From contig JAILQO010000022.1 of assembly GCA_024698925.1 (NCBI GenBank), forward strand, positions 26,192-90,191: DNA of 64,000 nt. The letters run 5' to 3'. Position 1 is the first letter of the stretch, and every line of letters starts with the position of its first letter. Positions 16,862-25,138 of this stretch are shown piece after piece. The DNA comes from Bacteroidaceae bacterium. Its GTDB lineage: Bacteria > Bacteroidota > Bacteroidia > Bacteroidales > Bacteroidaceae. The translations under genes and the position numbers were made by a program. The notes under the pieces were generated by a model that did no database searches, had not been told where the DNA came from, and saw only the letters and a program-made list of their open reading frames with translations.

Positions 16862-16954
16862 TTACCCGCAATTACAATATTCGGCGCTCTTACAAGCGGC
16901 AAAAACCAGTGTTAGAAGCACCAAAATGAATAATTTTAGGGTCTTTTGAAACAT
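16862..16954 (-). CDS. putative micro-lipoprotein / upstream small ORF (30 aa), absent from the ORF track
   Basis: Product MFQKTLKLFILVLLTLVFAACKSAEYCNCG: n-region, hydrophobic core and lipobox-like FAAC. The ATG is 20 nt downstream of the only promoter box upstream of gap. Confidence 0.45.
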   Translation of the reverse strand: MFQKTLKLFILVLLTLVFAACKSAEYCNCG

Positions 16955-16973
16955 TTCTTCTCGTTTTGCGCTG

Positions 16974-16981
16974 CAAAAGTA
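16974..16981 (-). promoter_or_regulatory. Bacteroidota -7 promoter box
   Basis: Plus-strand CAAAAGTA equals minus-strand TACTTTTG. I see no other box between here and the gap ATG at 16784. Confidence 0.55.
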
Positions 16982-16993
16982 CAAAATTTGTTT

Positions 16994-17001
16994 TATATTT
17001 G
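16994..17001 (+). promoter_or_regulatory. Bacteroidota -7 promoter box
   Basis: TATATTTG, 31 nt upstream of the mscL ATG at 17032; divergent from the gap promoter. Confidence 0.6.
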
Positions 17002-17031
17002 TGCCATGAAACCCCTTAAATTATTAAAATT

Positions 17032-17466
17032 ATGGCAAATTTCATTCAAGAATTCAAAGACTTCGCAATGCGAGGCAATGTAATGGACATGGCAGTCGGT
17101 GTTATCATCGGTGGTGCTTTTGGTAAAATCGTTACATCTTTGGTCAATGATGTGCTGATGCCTGTCATCAGTTTGGCAACGGGTGGTATTGATTTCACCA
17201 ACTTGTTTATCACGCTTGGCGATGGTGATTTCTCCACGTTGGCCCAGGCTCAGGAGGCAGGTGCTTCAGTTCTTGCCTATGGTAGTTTCATTCAGAATGT
17301 CGTGGACTTCCTCATCGTAGCATTCTGTATCTTCTGCGTCATCAAGGCCATCAATGTTGCCACCAAGAAGAAGGACGAGGAGCCTGCTCCCGCTCCCGCA
17401 GAACCCGAACCCACGAAGGAAGAAGTGCTGCTGGCCGAGATTCGTGATCTCCTTGCAAAGAAGTAA
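17032..17466 (+). CDS. mscL: large-conductance mechanosensitive channel
   Basis: [27 protein letters not shown] is a canonical MscL N-terminus. Confidence 0.9.
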   Translation: MANFIQEFKDFAMRGNVMDMAVGVIIGGAFGKIVTSLVNDVLMPVISLATGGIDFTNLFITLGDGDFSTLAQAQEAGASVLAYGSFIQNVVDFLIVAFCIFCVIKAINVATKKKDEEPAPAPAEPEPTKEEVLLAEIRDLLAKK

Positions 17467-17525
17467 TCTCGCGCACGCGCGTACATATAATTATTTGTAT
17501 GTAGGCTTCAAACTATAACAAAGAG

Positions 17526-17554
17526 AAAGCCCCGATGACCATCATCGGGGCTTT
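17526..17554. terminator. bidirectional hairpin terminator
   Basis: 13-bp stem AAAGCCCCGATGA / TCATCGGGGCTTT with a 3-nt loop, between the convergent mscL and PQ-loop genes. Confidence 0.6.
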
Positions 17555-17575
17555 GCTTTGTATGTAACGTTGGGT

Positions 17576-17866
17576 TTACTTGCGCTTGCGGAAGTAGTCG
17601 TTATAGACCTTGATGCCGAAGACGATGCATGAGCAGGTCGATGTCACGAGATTGGTGAGGAACAGCGACCATAGGATTTCCGGCTCGTGGAGTAACCCTT
17701 GCAGCATGAAGGCAATGGCGCCGATGCCCATCATCAGGAATGTCGGCAGGGCAATATCGTCGGTCTCGCGGGTGCGGATTGTTCGGATAGCCTGGGGGAG
17801 ATAACCCAGAATCATGCTGATGCTGGCGATCCATCCAAGGACCTCATAGATAGCGCTTTGTTCCAT
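17576..17866 (-). CDS. SemiSWEET / PQ-loop family transporter (96 aa, 3 TM)
   Basis: Three TM helices, a PQ motif in TM1 (GYLPQAIRTIRTRETDDIA) and a conserved Asn in TM3 (LTNLV). By eye it aligns well to bacterial SemiSWEETs. Confidence 0.75.
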   Translation of the reverse strand: MEQSAIYEVLGWIASISMILGYLPQAIRTIRTRETDDIALPTFLMMGIGAIAFMLQGLLHEPEILWSLFLTNLVTSTCSCIVFGIKVYNDYFRKRK

Positions 17867-17875
17867 GCTGTTGCT

Positions 17876-19255
17876 TTATTTGAGTGATCCTCCGCCGAGT
17901 GCCTGATACAGGTTGATGGTGGCCTGGATGGTTGCAAACTGATTGCTGATCTGGCCCAACTGTGCGCTGAGGAGTCCTGTCTGCGCCGTCAGCACATTGA
18001 GGTAGTTCACCTGCCGTGAGACATTGTCTTTGTAGAGTGCCTCTGTAGCTTGCACAGCATTCTCGAGTGCCGAGATCTGCTGCGTAATCAGCGCCTTCTT
18101 GGCTTCCGCAGTCTGTAGAGCCGTCATTGCTGTATTGACCTCATTACCAGCCGCGATGAGGCTCTGCTGGAAGGCAATCTTGGCGATTTCCTGTTCCTTC
18201 TCTGCCACACGCTTTTGTGCCACGAGTCGTCCGTTCTGGAAGATGGGCTGCGTGAGGCTGGCCAGCGCATTCCAGATCCAGATGGCTGGGTCAAGCTCGA
18301 TGGTGCTTCCGTTGTTCGTGTAGCCGAGTGTTCCGCTGATGGAGAGGGAAGGGTAGAAGCTGGCTTTGGCACTGTTGAGGCTGTAGAAGGCACTTGCCAA
18401 CTTCAATTCTGCCTGTTTCACATCGGGGCGGTTCTGCAGCATGGCCATCGGCACACCCGTCTCAATCACAGCAGGTGCCTGAAAAGCCTCCAGGCTGCCG
18501 CGCTCTATGTGATGCGGTGCCTCTCCCAACATGGTGCAGAGCGCATTCTCTGCCTGCTGGATGGCTTCATGTAAATCCAGTACGCTGGCTTCGATGTTCA
18601 GGCAGTTGGCCTCAGTCTGTGCTACGGCCGCCTTGTTGCTACGGCCTGCAGCCATGAGCTTCTTGGTCATTTCCACACTCTCGCGCCAGTTCTTGGCTGT
18701 CACTTCGCTGGTTGCCAGTTGTGCATCCAGCATGCAGAGCGTATAGTAAAGGTTGGCGATGTTGGCTACGAGACTCTGCTGTACAGCCTGTCGTGCCACC
18801 TTGCTCTGCTCCAGCATCACTTGGGCACTCTTCTTGGCGTTGCGCAGCGAGCCCAGGCTCCCGATCTGCCAGGAGGCGGAGACGGGCAGCGTGTAGAATT
18901 TCAGCGGGCTTTTCCAGTCTCTGCTGGAGAGTTGGCCCTGAGGCGCTACTGCCAGACTGGGGATATAGGCCAGCTTGGAGACCATGAGGTAATCCTGAGC
19001 CTCCTGGATCTGCAGGTCAACCTGCTTGAGGCTTGCGTTCTGCGAGAGGCCCTTCTCGATGAGGGCTTGCAGGGTAGGATCTGTGAAGAATTCGCGCCAA
19101 GCCTTCGCGCCCAGTCCCAGTGAGTCCGTTCCTACCTGTGCGGCTCCGTAGAGTCCGTCGGTGCGGATGTCATCAGGCCGATCGTAGTTCTTGTAGAGTC
19201 CGCAGGACGTGAGGCTGATGCTGGCGAATATGATGATAAAGAGATGTTTATTCAT
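17876..19255 (-). CDS. RND efflux outer membrane factor lipoprotein (NodT family)
   Basis: Lipobox LTSC; two TolC-like repeat halves. Confidence 0.85.
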   Translation of the reverse strand: MNKHLFIIIFASISLTSCGLYKNYDRPDDIRTDGLYGAAQVGTDSLGLGAKAWREFFTDPTLQALIEKGLSQNASLKQVDLQIQEAQDYLMVSKLAYIPSLAVAPQGQLSSRDWKSPLKFYTLPVSASWQIGSLGSLRNAKKSAQVMLEQSKVARQAVQQSLVANIANLYYTLCMLDAQLATSEVTAKNWRESVEMTKKLMAAGRSNKAAVAQTEANCLNIEASVLDLHEAIQQAENALCTMLGEAPHHIERGSLEAFQAPAVIETGVPMAMLQNRPDVKQAELKLASAFYSLNSAKASFYPSLSISGTLGYTNNGSTIELDPAIWIWNALASLTQPIFQNGRLVAQKRVAEKEQEIAKIAFQQSLIAAGNEVNTAMTALQTAEAKKALITQQISALENAVQATEALYKDNVSRQVNYLNVLTAQTGLLSAQLGQISNQFATIQATINLYQALGGGSLK

Positions 19256-19272
19256 TGTTGTCCTTGTTATGA

Positions 19273-22200
19273 TTACTTATCTTCTGCTGCTTCTCTTTTT
19301 TCCAGAAGGCTGCGTTCTTGCTCCTTGAGGAACTGCTGGTCAGCTTCTACCTTCATGACCGGTCGGATTTTCTCCTGCAGCCATTCAAAGAAGATGAAGA
19401 AGACGGGGACAGTGAAGAGGATGGCAACAGTACCGACAATCATGCCGCCCACAACGCCAACGCCGATGGTGCGGTTACCGTTGGCACCGGCTCCGCTGGC
19501 AAACAGTAGCGGCAGCATACCCAGCACGCAGGTGAATACCGTCATGAGGATAGGACGCAGACGTGCCTCGCAGGCGGCGTAAGCGGCCTGTACGATGCCC
19601 ATACCTTTGCGGCGGCGCTCCAGGGCGAACTCTGTGATCAGGATGGCCGTCTTGGCCAGCAGACCAATCAGCATGATGACACCCGTCTGCAGGTAGATGT
19701 TGTTCTCAATCTGTCCGAAGATGTACATGTTGGCACCTGTCAGCGCGCGGCCAGCGCCGCCGGAGACAAGGTTCCACAGCCAGGCGAAGCCGAAGCTGCC
19801 CATGAGGCCGGCAGGAACAGAGAGGATGACGGCGAAGGGTACGAGGAAGCTCTCGTAGAGGCAGGAGAGGATGAGGAAGATGAGGACTACGCAGATGGCG
19901 TAGATGAGGATGGTCTGGTTAGAGCCCATCTGCTCGTACTCCTCACGCGAGATACCGCCGTATTCATAGGTGATATGTTCGGGCATCATCTTCTTGTGAA
20001 CCTCATCAATCGCCTGCATGGCATCGCCGACAGAGTAACCCTGAGCCGGCTGAATCATGCATGAGATCTCGGAGAAGAGGTTGAAGTGCGTATCAATCTC
20101 AGGACCCAGAACTGGCTTCAGCTTCGCAAACTGCGTGATGGGAGCCATCTCCTTGCCATTGCGCACGTACATATTGCTAACGTCTGCGGGTGATGTGCGG
20201 TATTTGGGATCCGTCTGCAGCATCACGCGATAGACCTTACCGTATTGGTTGAAGTTCGAGACATAGGCACCGCCCAGGTAGCCGCTCATGGCAGAGAGCA
20301 CCTGTGAGGGCGAGATGCCGGCACGCTTACATTGTGCGGCGTCGATTTCCACCTGATACTGCGGGAAGTTGCGGGCGTAGGATGTCATGGCGCGCTGGAT
20401 TTCCGGACGTTCGTTGAGGGCTGCCAGATACTCCTCTGTCAGCTTCAGGAACTCGTCCTTGTCGCCATCGTTACGATCCTGCAGGTGCAGGTCCACATTG
20501 GAGCCCATACCATAGCCTGGAATCATACCCGGCTCGAAGACGAAGATCTGTGCTTCCGGAATCTCTTGCATCAGTTCCAGCATGAGCAGAAGTTTCTTGA
20601 CCGTCGTGCTGTGCTTCAGTCCCGGACGCTTGTTCCAATGCTGCATACGCAGGATCAACATAGCGTTCGCGGCACCCTGTCCGCCCATGAAGCTGAAGCC
20701 TGATGTGCGGGCAATATTCTTGATGTCCTCGTCCTTCTTCACGATGTCATAGACCCTGTCAAGAACGGATTCCGTGTAGGCCAGGTTGCTGCCCGGAGGA
20801 CAGGTAACGTTGACCATCAGCACACCTTGGTCCTCCTGTGGCACGAGGCCCTTGGGGAGGTCGCTCATGAAGAACGCCAACAGGACACAGGCAATGCCGA
20901 ACGCTACGGGAGCCACCCAGCGGTGGTTCACGATGCTGCGCAGGCGGCGGGTGTACTTACTCATGATGGCGCCGAAGGAGGCCTCATAGGCCGTGCGTGT
21001 GCGTTTGTTCAGTCCGATGAAGAAGGCGTTGATGCCGTTCTTGGCTGTGCGATCCTTCTTGGCGGGACGCATCAGCATGGCGCAGAGGGCAGGACATACC
21101 ACCAAGGCACTGATGCAGGAGATACCTACGGCCGTGGCCAGTGTCACACCGAACTGCGTGTAGAACACGCCAGATGTACCACCCATCATCGTGACGGGGA
21201 TGAACACCGCCATGAAGACGAACGTACAGGAGATGACGGCCATCGTCACGTCGCTCATGGCGTCCTTCGTAGCCTGATAGGCCGAGGTGTAGCCCGCGTC
21301 GAACTTCGCCTGCACGGCTTCTACCACCACGATGGCGTCATCCACCACCGTACCGATAGCCAGCACCAGTGCGAAGAGCGTCAGCAGGTTCAGCGTGAAG
21401 CCCGCCAGCTGCAGGGCGGCGAATGTACCCACCAGCGAGATGACAATCGAGATCGAAGGAATCATCGTAGCCTTGAAGTCCTGAAGGAAGAAATAGACCA
21501 CGAGGATCACCAGCAGGATGGCTATGACCAGCGTCTCTTCTACATTGGCGATGGACTCCAGCAGGAAGTCATTCGTGGACATCATCTGCTCAAAGTGGAT
21601 ACCCTTTGGCAACGTCTTGTTCATTTCCTTGAGCGCTGCAGAGAAGCGGTCGTTGGTCTCCTTGGCGTTGGCACCGGCCAGCTGATAGGCCATGAACTGC
21701 ACAGAGGGCTTACCGTCCAGACGTCCGCTGTAGCCGTAGCTTTCCTGTCCCAGTTCCACGTCTGCGATATCCTTCAGGCGCAGCACCGTACCGTCAGCCT
21801 TTGCTACGATGACGATGTTCTTGAACTCCTCCACCTCTTTGAGTCGTCCCGTGTAGCGGAGCGTATATTCATAGACGTTATCTACGTTCTTGCCGTGTCC
21901 GCCCTCCATGGGCTTCTCGCCCAGCTTACCGATGGCAGCTTCGAGGTTCTGTTCAGCCAGACAAGCCGTGATGTCCGAGGGCACGAGCGAGTACTGTGCC
22001 ATCACTTCCGGCTTCAGCCATACGCGCAGCGAGTAGCTGGCGCCCAGCACATTCACCTCACCGACACCCTGCACGCGCTTCAGCTGTGGGGTTACGTTGA
22101 TGTTCATGTAGTTGGCCATGAAGTTGGCGTCGTACTCAGGCACATCGCTCACGATGGAGTTGATCTGCAGCATGGAGGTCTGACGCTTCAGCGTGGTCAC

Positions 22201-22581
22201 ACCGATCATCGTAACCTCCTGCGGCAGCAGACCCTGTGCGATGGAGGCGCGGTTCTGGACGTTGACGGCAGCCATGTCGGGGTTGGTGCCCTGCTTGAAA
22301 TAGACCGCGATGCTGGCGGAGCCGGAATTGGTCGCAGTGGATGTCATGTAAATCATGTCCTCCACACCGTTGATACTCTCTTCCAGCGGCTGGATGACAG
22401 CCTTCGTGACCGTCTCAGCCGAGGCGCCCGGATACGAAGCCCTCACCACAACCGTTGGCGGTGCAATGTCGGGGTACTGCTCTACGGGCAGGTTGAAATA
22501 GCTGATAGCGCCGAGAATCAGGATGACGATGGCGATGGACATGGCCATCACCGGGCGCTTGATAAATATATTACCTTTCAT
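19273..22581 (-). CDS. RND multidrug efflux permease (AcrB/HAE1-like)
   Basis: 1102 aa with the 12-TM, two-large-loop architecture; the N-terminus MAMSIAIVILILG...PDIAPP is typical. Confidence 0.9.
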   Translation of the reverse strand: MKGNIFIKRPVMAMSIAIVILILGAISYFNLPVEQYPDIAPPTVVVRASYPGASAETVTKAVIQPLEESINGVEDMIYMTSTATNSGSASIAVYFKQGTNPDMAAVNVQNRASIAQGLLPQEVTMIGVTTLKRQTSMLQINSIVSDVPEYDANFMANYMNINVTPQLKRVQGVGEVNVLGASYSLRVWLKPEVMAQYSLVPSDITACLAEQNLEAAIGKLGEKPMEGGHGKNVDNVYEYTLRYTGRLKEVEEFKNIVIVAKADGTVLRLKDIADVELGQESYGYSGRLDGKPSVQFMAYQLAGANAKETNDRFSAALKEMNKTLPKGIHFEQMMSTNDFLLESIANVEETLVIAILLVILVVYFFLQDFKATMIPSISIVISLVGTFAALQLAGFTLNLLTLFALVLAIGTVVDDAIVVVEAVQAKFDAGYTSAYQATKDAMSDVTMAVISCTFVFMAVFIPVTMMGGTSGVFYTQFGVTLATAVGISCISALVVCPALCAMLMRPAKKDRTAKNGINAFFIGLNKRTRTAYEASFGAIMSKYTRRLRSIVNHRWVAPVAFGIACVLLAFFMSDLPKGLVPQEDQGVLMVNVTCPPGSNLAYTESVLDRVYDIVKKDEDIKNIARTSGFSFMGGQGAANAMLILRMQHWNKRPGLKHSTTVKKLLLMLELMQEIPEAQIFVFEPGMIPGYGMGSNVDLHLQDRNDGDKDEFLKLTEEYLAALNERPEIQRAMTSYARNFPQYQVEIDAAQCKRAGISPSQVLSAMSGYLGGAYVSNFNQYGKVYRVMLQTDPKYRTSPADVSNMYVRNGKEMAPITQFAKLKPVLGPEIDTHFNLFSEISCMIQPAQGYSVGDAMQAIDEVHKKMMPEHITYEYGGISREEYEQMGSNQTILIYAICVVLIFLILSCLYESFLVPFAVILSVPAGLMGSFGFAWLWNLVSGGAGRALTGANMYIFGQIENNIYLQTGVIMLIGLLAKTAILITEFALERRRKGMGIVQAAYAACEARLRPILMTVFTCVLGMLPLLFASGAGANGNRTIGVGVVGGMIVGTVAILFTVPVFFIFFEWLQEKIRPVMKVEADQQFLKEQERSLLEKREAAEDK

Positions 22582-22602
22582 GAACTTATCGCTTTAACGG
22601 AC

Positions 22603-23730
22603 TTATTTGACTAATGCGCCGTCCTTAATCATACCGGCACCTTCGGCAATCACCTCTTCGCCAGCCTTCAGACCGCTGGTGACGATGAATTCCTTACCGG
22701 TGTTGTAAGGTGCTACCTCAATGTTGCGGACTACGGCCGTGCGCTGTCCGTCCACATTCTCCACGACGAAGACCTGGTGAACGGTCTGCAATTGCTTGAC
22801 GCCGGCAGCAGGCACTACGATGTGCTGCTTGTAGTCAATGGGGATGACGATGTTACCCGTAGCGCCGGAGTGGAGCAGACCCTTCGGGTTGTTGAACACA
22901 GCGCGCAGCTGAATGCTGCCCGTAGCCTGATCCACAACGCCGCTGGCAGTCTCTATCGTTCCAGCCTCCTCGTAGATCGTGCCGTCCACCAACTCCAGCT
23001 TCACAGCCGGCATGGCCTTGACGGCAGCTTCTGCGCTGCCAGCCTCGCGGGTCTTCTGGAGCATCTGTGCCTCCGTGATGGAGAAATAGACGTACATCTG
23101 GTGGTTGTCAGAGACCGTTGTTAACGGCGTCTGCATGGACGGGCTCACAAGGGCGCCGACGCGGTAGGGTAGGGTGCCCACAACGCCGTCAGCCGGGCTC
23201 TTCACGACGGTGTATGACAGCGAGTTCTGTGCGTTTGTTACGGCTGCGGTAGCCTGTGCCACAGCGGCCTTGGCCTGCATGTAGCTGTTGTTGGCGGTCT
23301 GCAGGTCATATTCGCTGACCACGTTCTGCTCATACAGGTTCTTGGTGCTCTCGTAGGACAGCTTGGCCGTGGCCTCTGCGGCCTGGGCAGCTTCCAGATT
23401 AGCCTTGGCTGTGTTCAAGGCAGCCTGATAAGGCACCTGGTCGATGATGAACAACGTCTGACCGCGATGCACCTTCTGGCCTTCCGTGATGCACAGCTGT
23501 GTGAGCTGTCCGCTCACCTGCGGCAGCACCTGGATGTCCTGGCGTCCACGGATCGTGGCGCTGTACTTCGTATCGATGGTGCGATCTTGCGGCTTTACTT
23601 TGACGGTCTTGTATTCAAGGGGATTGTTGAGCATGGATTGCTGCTGTTGGCTGTTTCCACCACAGGATGCCAGGAACAAAGCGGCGCATCCGACGACCAA
23701 CAGACTGATTGATTTCATGTTTGCTTTCAT
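22603..23730 (-). CDS. RND efflux periplasmic adaptor (MFP)
   Basis: Lipobox LASC; HlyD/AcrA-like coiled-coil hairpin and beta-barrel segments. Confidence 0.85.
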   Translation of the reverse strand: MKANMKSISLLVVGCAALFLASCGGNSQQQQSMLNNPLEYKTVKVKPQDRTIDTKYSATIRGRQDIQVLPQVSGQLTQLCITEGQKVHRGQTLFIIDQVPYQAALNTAKANLEAAQAAEATAKLSYESTKNLYEQNVVSEYDLQTANNSYMQAKAAVAQATAAVTNAQNSLSYTVVKSPADGVVGTLPYRVGALVSPSMQTPLTTVSDNHQMYVYFSITEAQMLQKTREAGSAEAAVKAMPAVKLELVDGTIYEEAGTIETASGVVDQATGSIQLRAVFNNPKGLLHSGATGNIVIPIDYKQHIVVPAAGVKQLQTVHQVFVVENVDGQRTAVVRNIEVAPYNTGKEFIVTSGLKAGEEVIAEGAGMIKDGALVK

Positions 23731-23785
23731 ATAAATACTTAATAGATGATTATTTACTGACTGATCTTATTTCTTTTTGCGGCCG

Positions 23786-23793
23786 CAAAGGTA
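23786..23793 (-). promoter_or_regulatory. Bacteroidota -7 promoter box (RND operon 1)
   Basis: Plus-strand CAAAGGTA equals minus-strand TACCTTTG, 56 nt upstream of the ATG at 23730. It is embedded in the palindrome TTTGCGGCCGCAAA (23776-23789). Confidence 0.6.
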
Positions 23794-23944
23794 CTACTTT
23801 TTTGTGAAATACGGCACTTTCTCCGCTCCCTTTTAACGGTTTTTCACGCGCGCTAATCATCTTTATAATATAGAAAGTCAATAGCCCCCGAGCGACTGTA
23901 TCACACCTCTTCTGTGGAGGCCAACAGCGCTCATGCTGTGAAAT

Positions 23945-23990
23945 AAAACGAGAACCGACAGCTCTTAGTCTGCCGGTTCTCGTTTTTGTT
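23945..23990. terminator. strong bidirectional intrinsic terminator with no adjacent CDS
   Basis: Stem ACGAGAACCG (23948-23957) / CGGTTCTCGT (23974-23983) plus an inner CAG/CTG pairing. An A-run lies upstream and TTTTGTT downstream, so it reads as a terminator on both strands. Confidence 0.8.
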
Positions 23991-24091
23991 AGTGATTATT
24001 ATTTTTCACTCTATCACTTCTCCATTCTAGGGGCGTTGATGCATGATTTCCACTTCGGCAATCGGATTTCGCAACATTTATTGCGATGGTA

Positions 24092-24268
24092 TCTAGAGCA
24101 AAATAGGGAATAAACCTTAGCCTAAAAAGGGAATATGAGGCGGCTCAATAGGGACATTCTCTAGCCTCATTTTGGAACTCGCCTAAAGGCAAATAATCGT
24201 GTGCCTTTAGGCAAATGATCATGCGCCTAGAGGCACGCAATCATTTGCCTCTAGCCAAATCTAAGTGC
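24092..24268. repeat. phased ~22-nt repeat array with tandem hairpins
   Basis: GCCT starts occur at 24181, 24203, 24225 and 24247. AGGGA-core units occur at 24103-24111, 24126-24134 and 24148-24156. Hairpin arms are 24181-24191/24202-24212 and 24225-24235/24246-24256. Confidence 0.8.
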
Positions 24269-24275
24269 AAAGTTC

Positions 24276-24905
24276 CTATATTTCCGTATAAATATGGGCA
24301 CGACTGATACGAGACATCTGCAACTTAGGTAGGTCCCCTATGCACCACCTGTCGAGTTGCCTACGGGCAGAATGATCCGTCAGACCGCTATAATAGGCAA
24401 AACTGGAGACCGTCGTGTAACCGCCATTGGCTTCAATGCTCTTTTTCAGGGCCTTTTCTAAGTGCTGCTGGTTGTTCAGGATGCGACTGGAAATCGGTCT
24501 GTGAACATAACGGAAGCCATCAATACCCATCCTTAAATCCAATTCCTTCTCAAAAGACTTGATACATTGGTAGTCAATACCCTCCAATTCGACGTCATTG
24601 GAATGAATGTCATCGGGATTCGTCACTTGGCGCTTCAGGCGAATCTTGGGGGCAAATGTGCCAATAGGCGTCTCGATACGATATCCTTGTGCCATCCAAA
24701 TAGCAGAAGCGTCTAAGAACGCCTTGAATACACGGGACATCTCTCCTTTTCTGAGCGAGTATTTGTCGGCAAAAAAATCCTCCAGTTCCTGAAGTGTTCT
24801 TGTCCTTCCACTTAGAGGCTTCACATAAAGGAGTTTTTCACCATTGGCTGCGGTCAATGGTGACGGATGTACCTCGAATGGCATACCTACTTTCTTCCTT
24901 GGCAT
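24276..24905 (-). CDS. HU-like DNA-binding protein with C-terminal winged-helix-like domain (Bacteroidales HU-HIG type)
   Basis: The N-terminal half has the Bacteroidales HU-like pattern (LLYVKPLSGRTRTLQELEDFFADKYSLRKGEMSRVFKAFLDA...ETPIGTFAP). The C-terminal part GGYTTVSSFAYYSGLTDHSARRQLDRW looks like a wHTH. Confidence 0.6.
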   Translation of the reverse strand: MPRKKVGMPFEVHPSPLTAANGEKLLYVKPLSGRTRTLQELEDFFADKYSLRKGEMSRVFKAFLDASAIWMAQGYRIETPIGTFAPKIRLKRQVTNPDDIHSNDVELEGIDYQCIKSFEKELDLRMGIDGFRYVHRPISSRILNNQQHLEKALKKSIEANGGYTTVSSFAYYSGLTDHSARRQLDRWCIGDLPKLQMSRISRAHIYTEI

Positions 24906-24976
24906 AGTTTCTTATTAGATTTGAGATGGATAAAACTCATGAATGGCTATATGCCATTAATATGATGATTCGTGTG

Positions 24977-24984
24977 CAAAGATA
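24977..24984 (-). promoter_or_regulatory. Bacteroidota -7 promoter box
   Basis: Plus-strand CAAAGATA equals minus-strand TATCTTTG, 72 nt upstream of the ATG at 24905. Confidence 0.5.
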
Positions 24985-25090
24985 CGAATAAAAACCGTTA
25001 AACGCGATAATTTACCCAAAAAACATATCGTTAGAATACGATATTTTACATATTCCGCCCACAAAGGACAAGAATATCCCACGCCAACAG

Positions 25091-25138
25091 TGAAGTGCAC
25101 CCCGAAAGTTTTTTGTCTAACTTCCGGGGTGCACTTCA
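25091..25138 (-). terminator. long hairpin downstream of RND operon 2
   Basis: 20-bp stem with one A.C mismatch (25091-25110 / 25119-25138) and an 8-nt loop, 47 nt after the TolC-like stop. No clear T-run follows on the minus strand. Confidence 0.5.

Noticed and set aside
20827-22614. A 595-aa His/Asp/Arg-rich ORF antisense to the RND permease gene.
   Set aside because: It is codon-aligned antisense to a clear AcrB-like gene and has an implausible composition.
24026-24254. CTAG tetranucleotides at 24026, 24093, 24161 and 24227, spaced 66-68 nt (3 x 22), plus one at 24251.
   Set aside because: The 67-nt blocks share no similarity other than CTAG. With five occurrences I cannot separate this from chance, so I treat it only as a side note to the 22-nt array.
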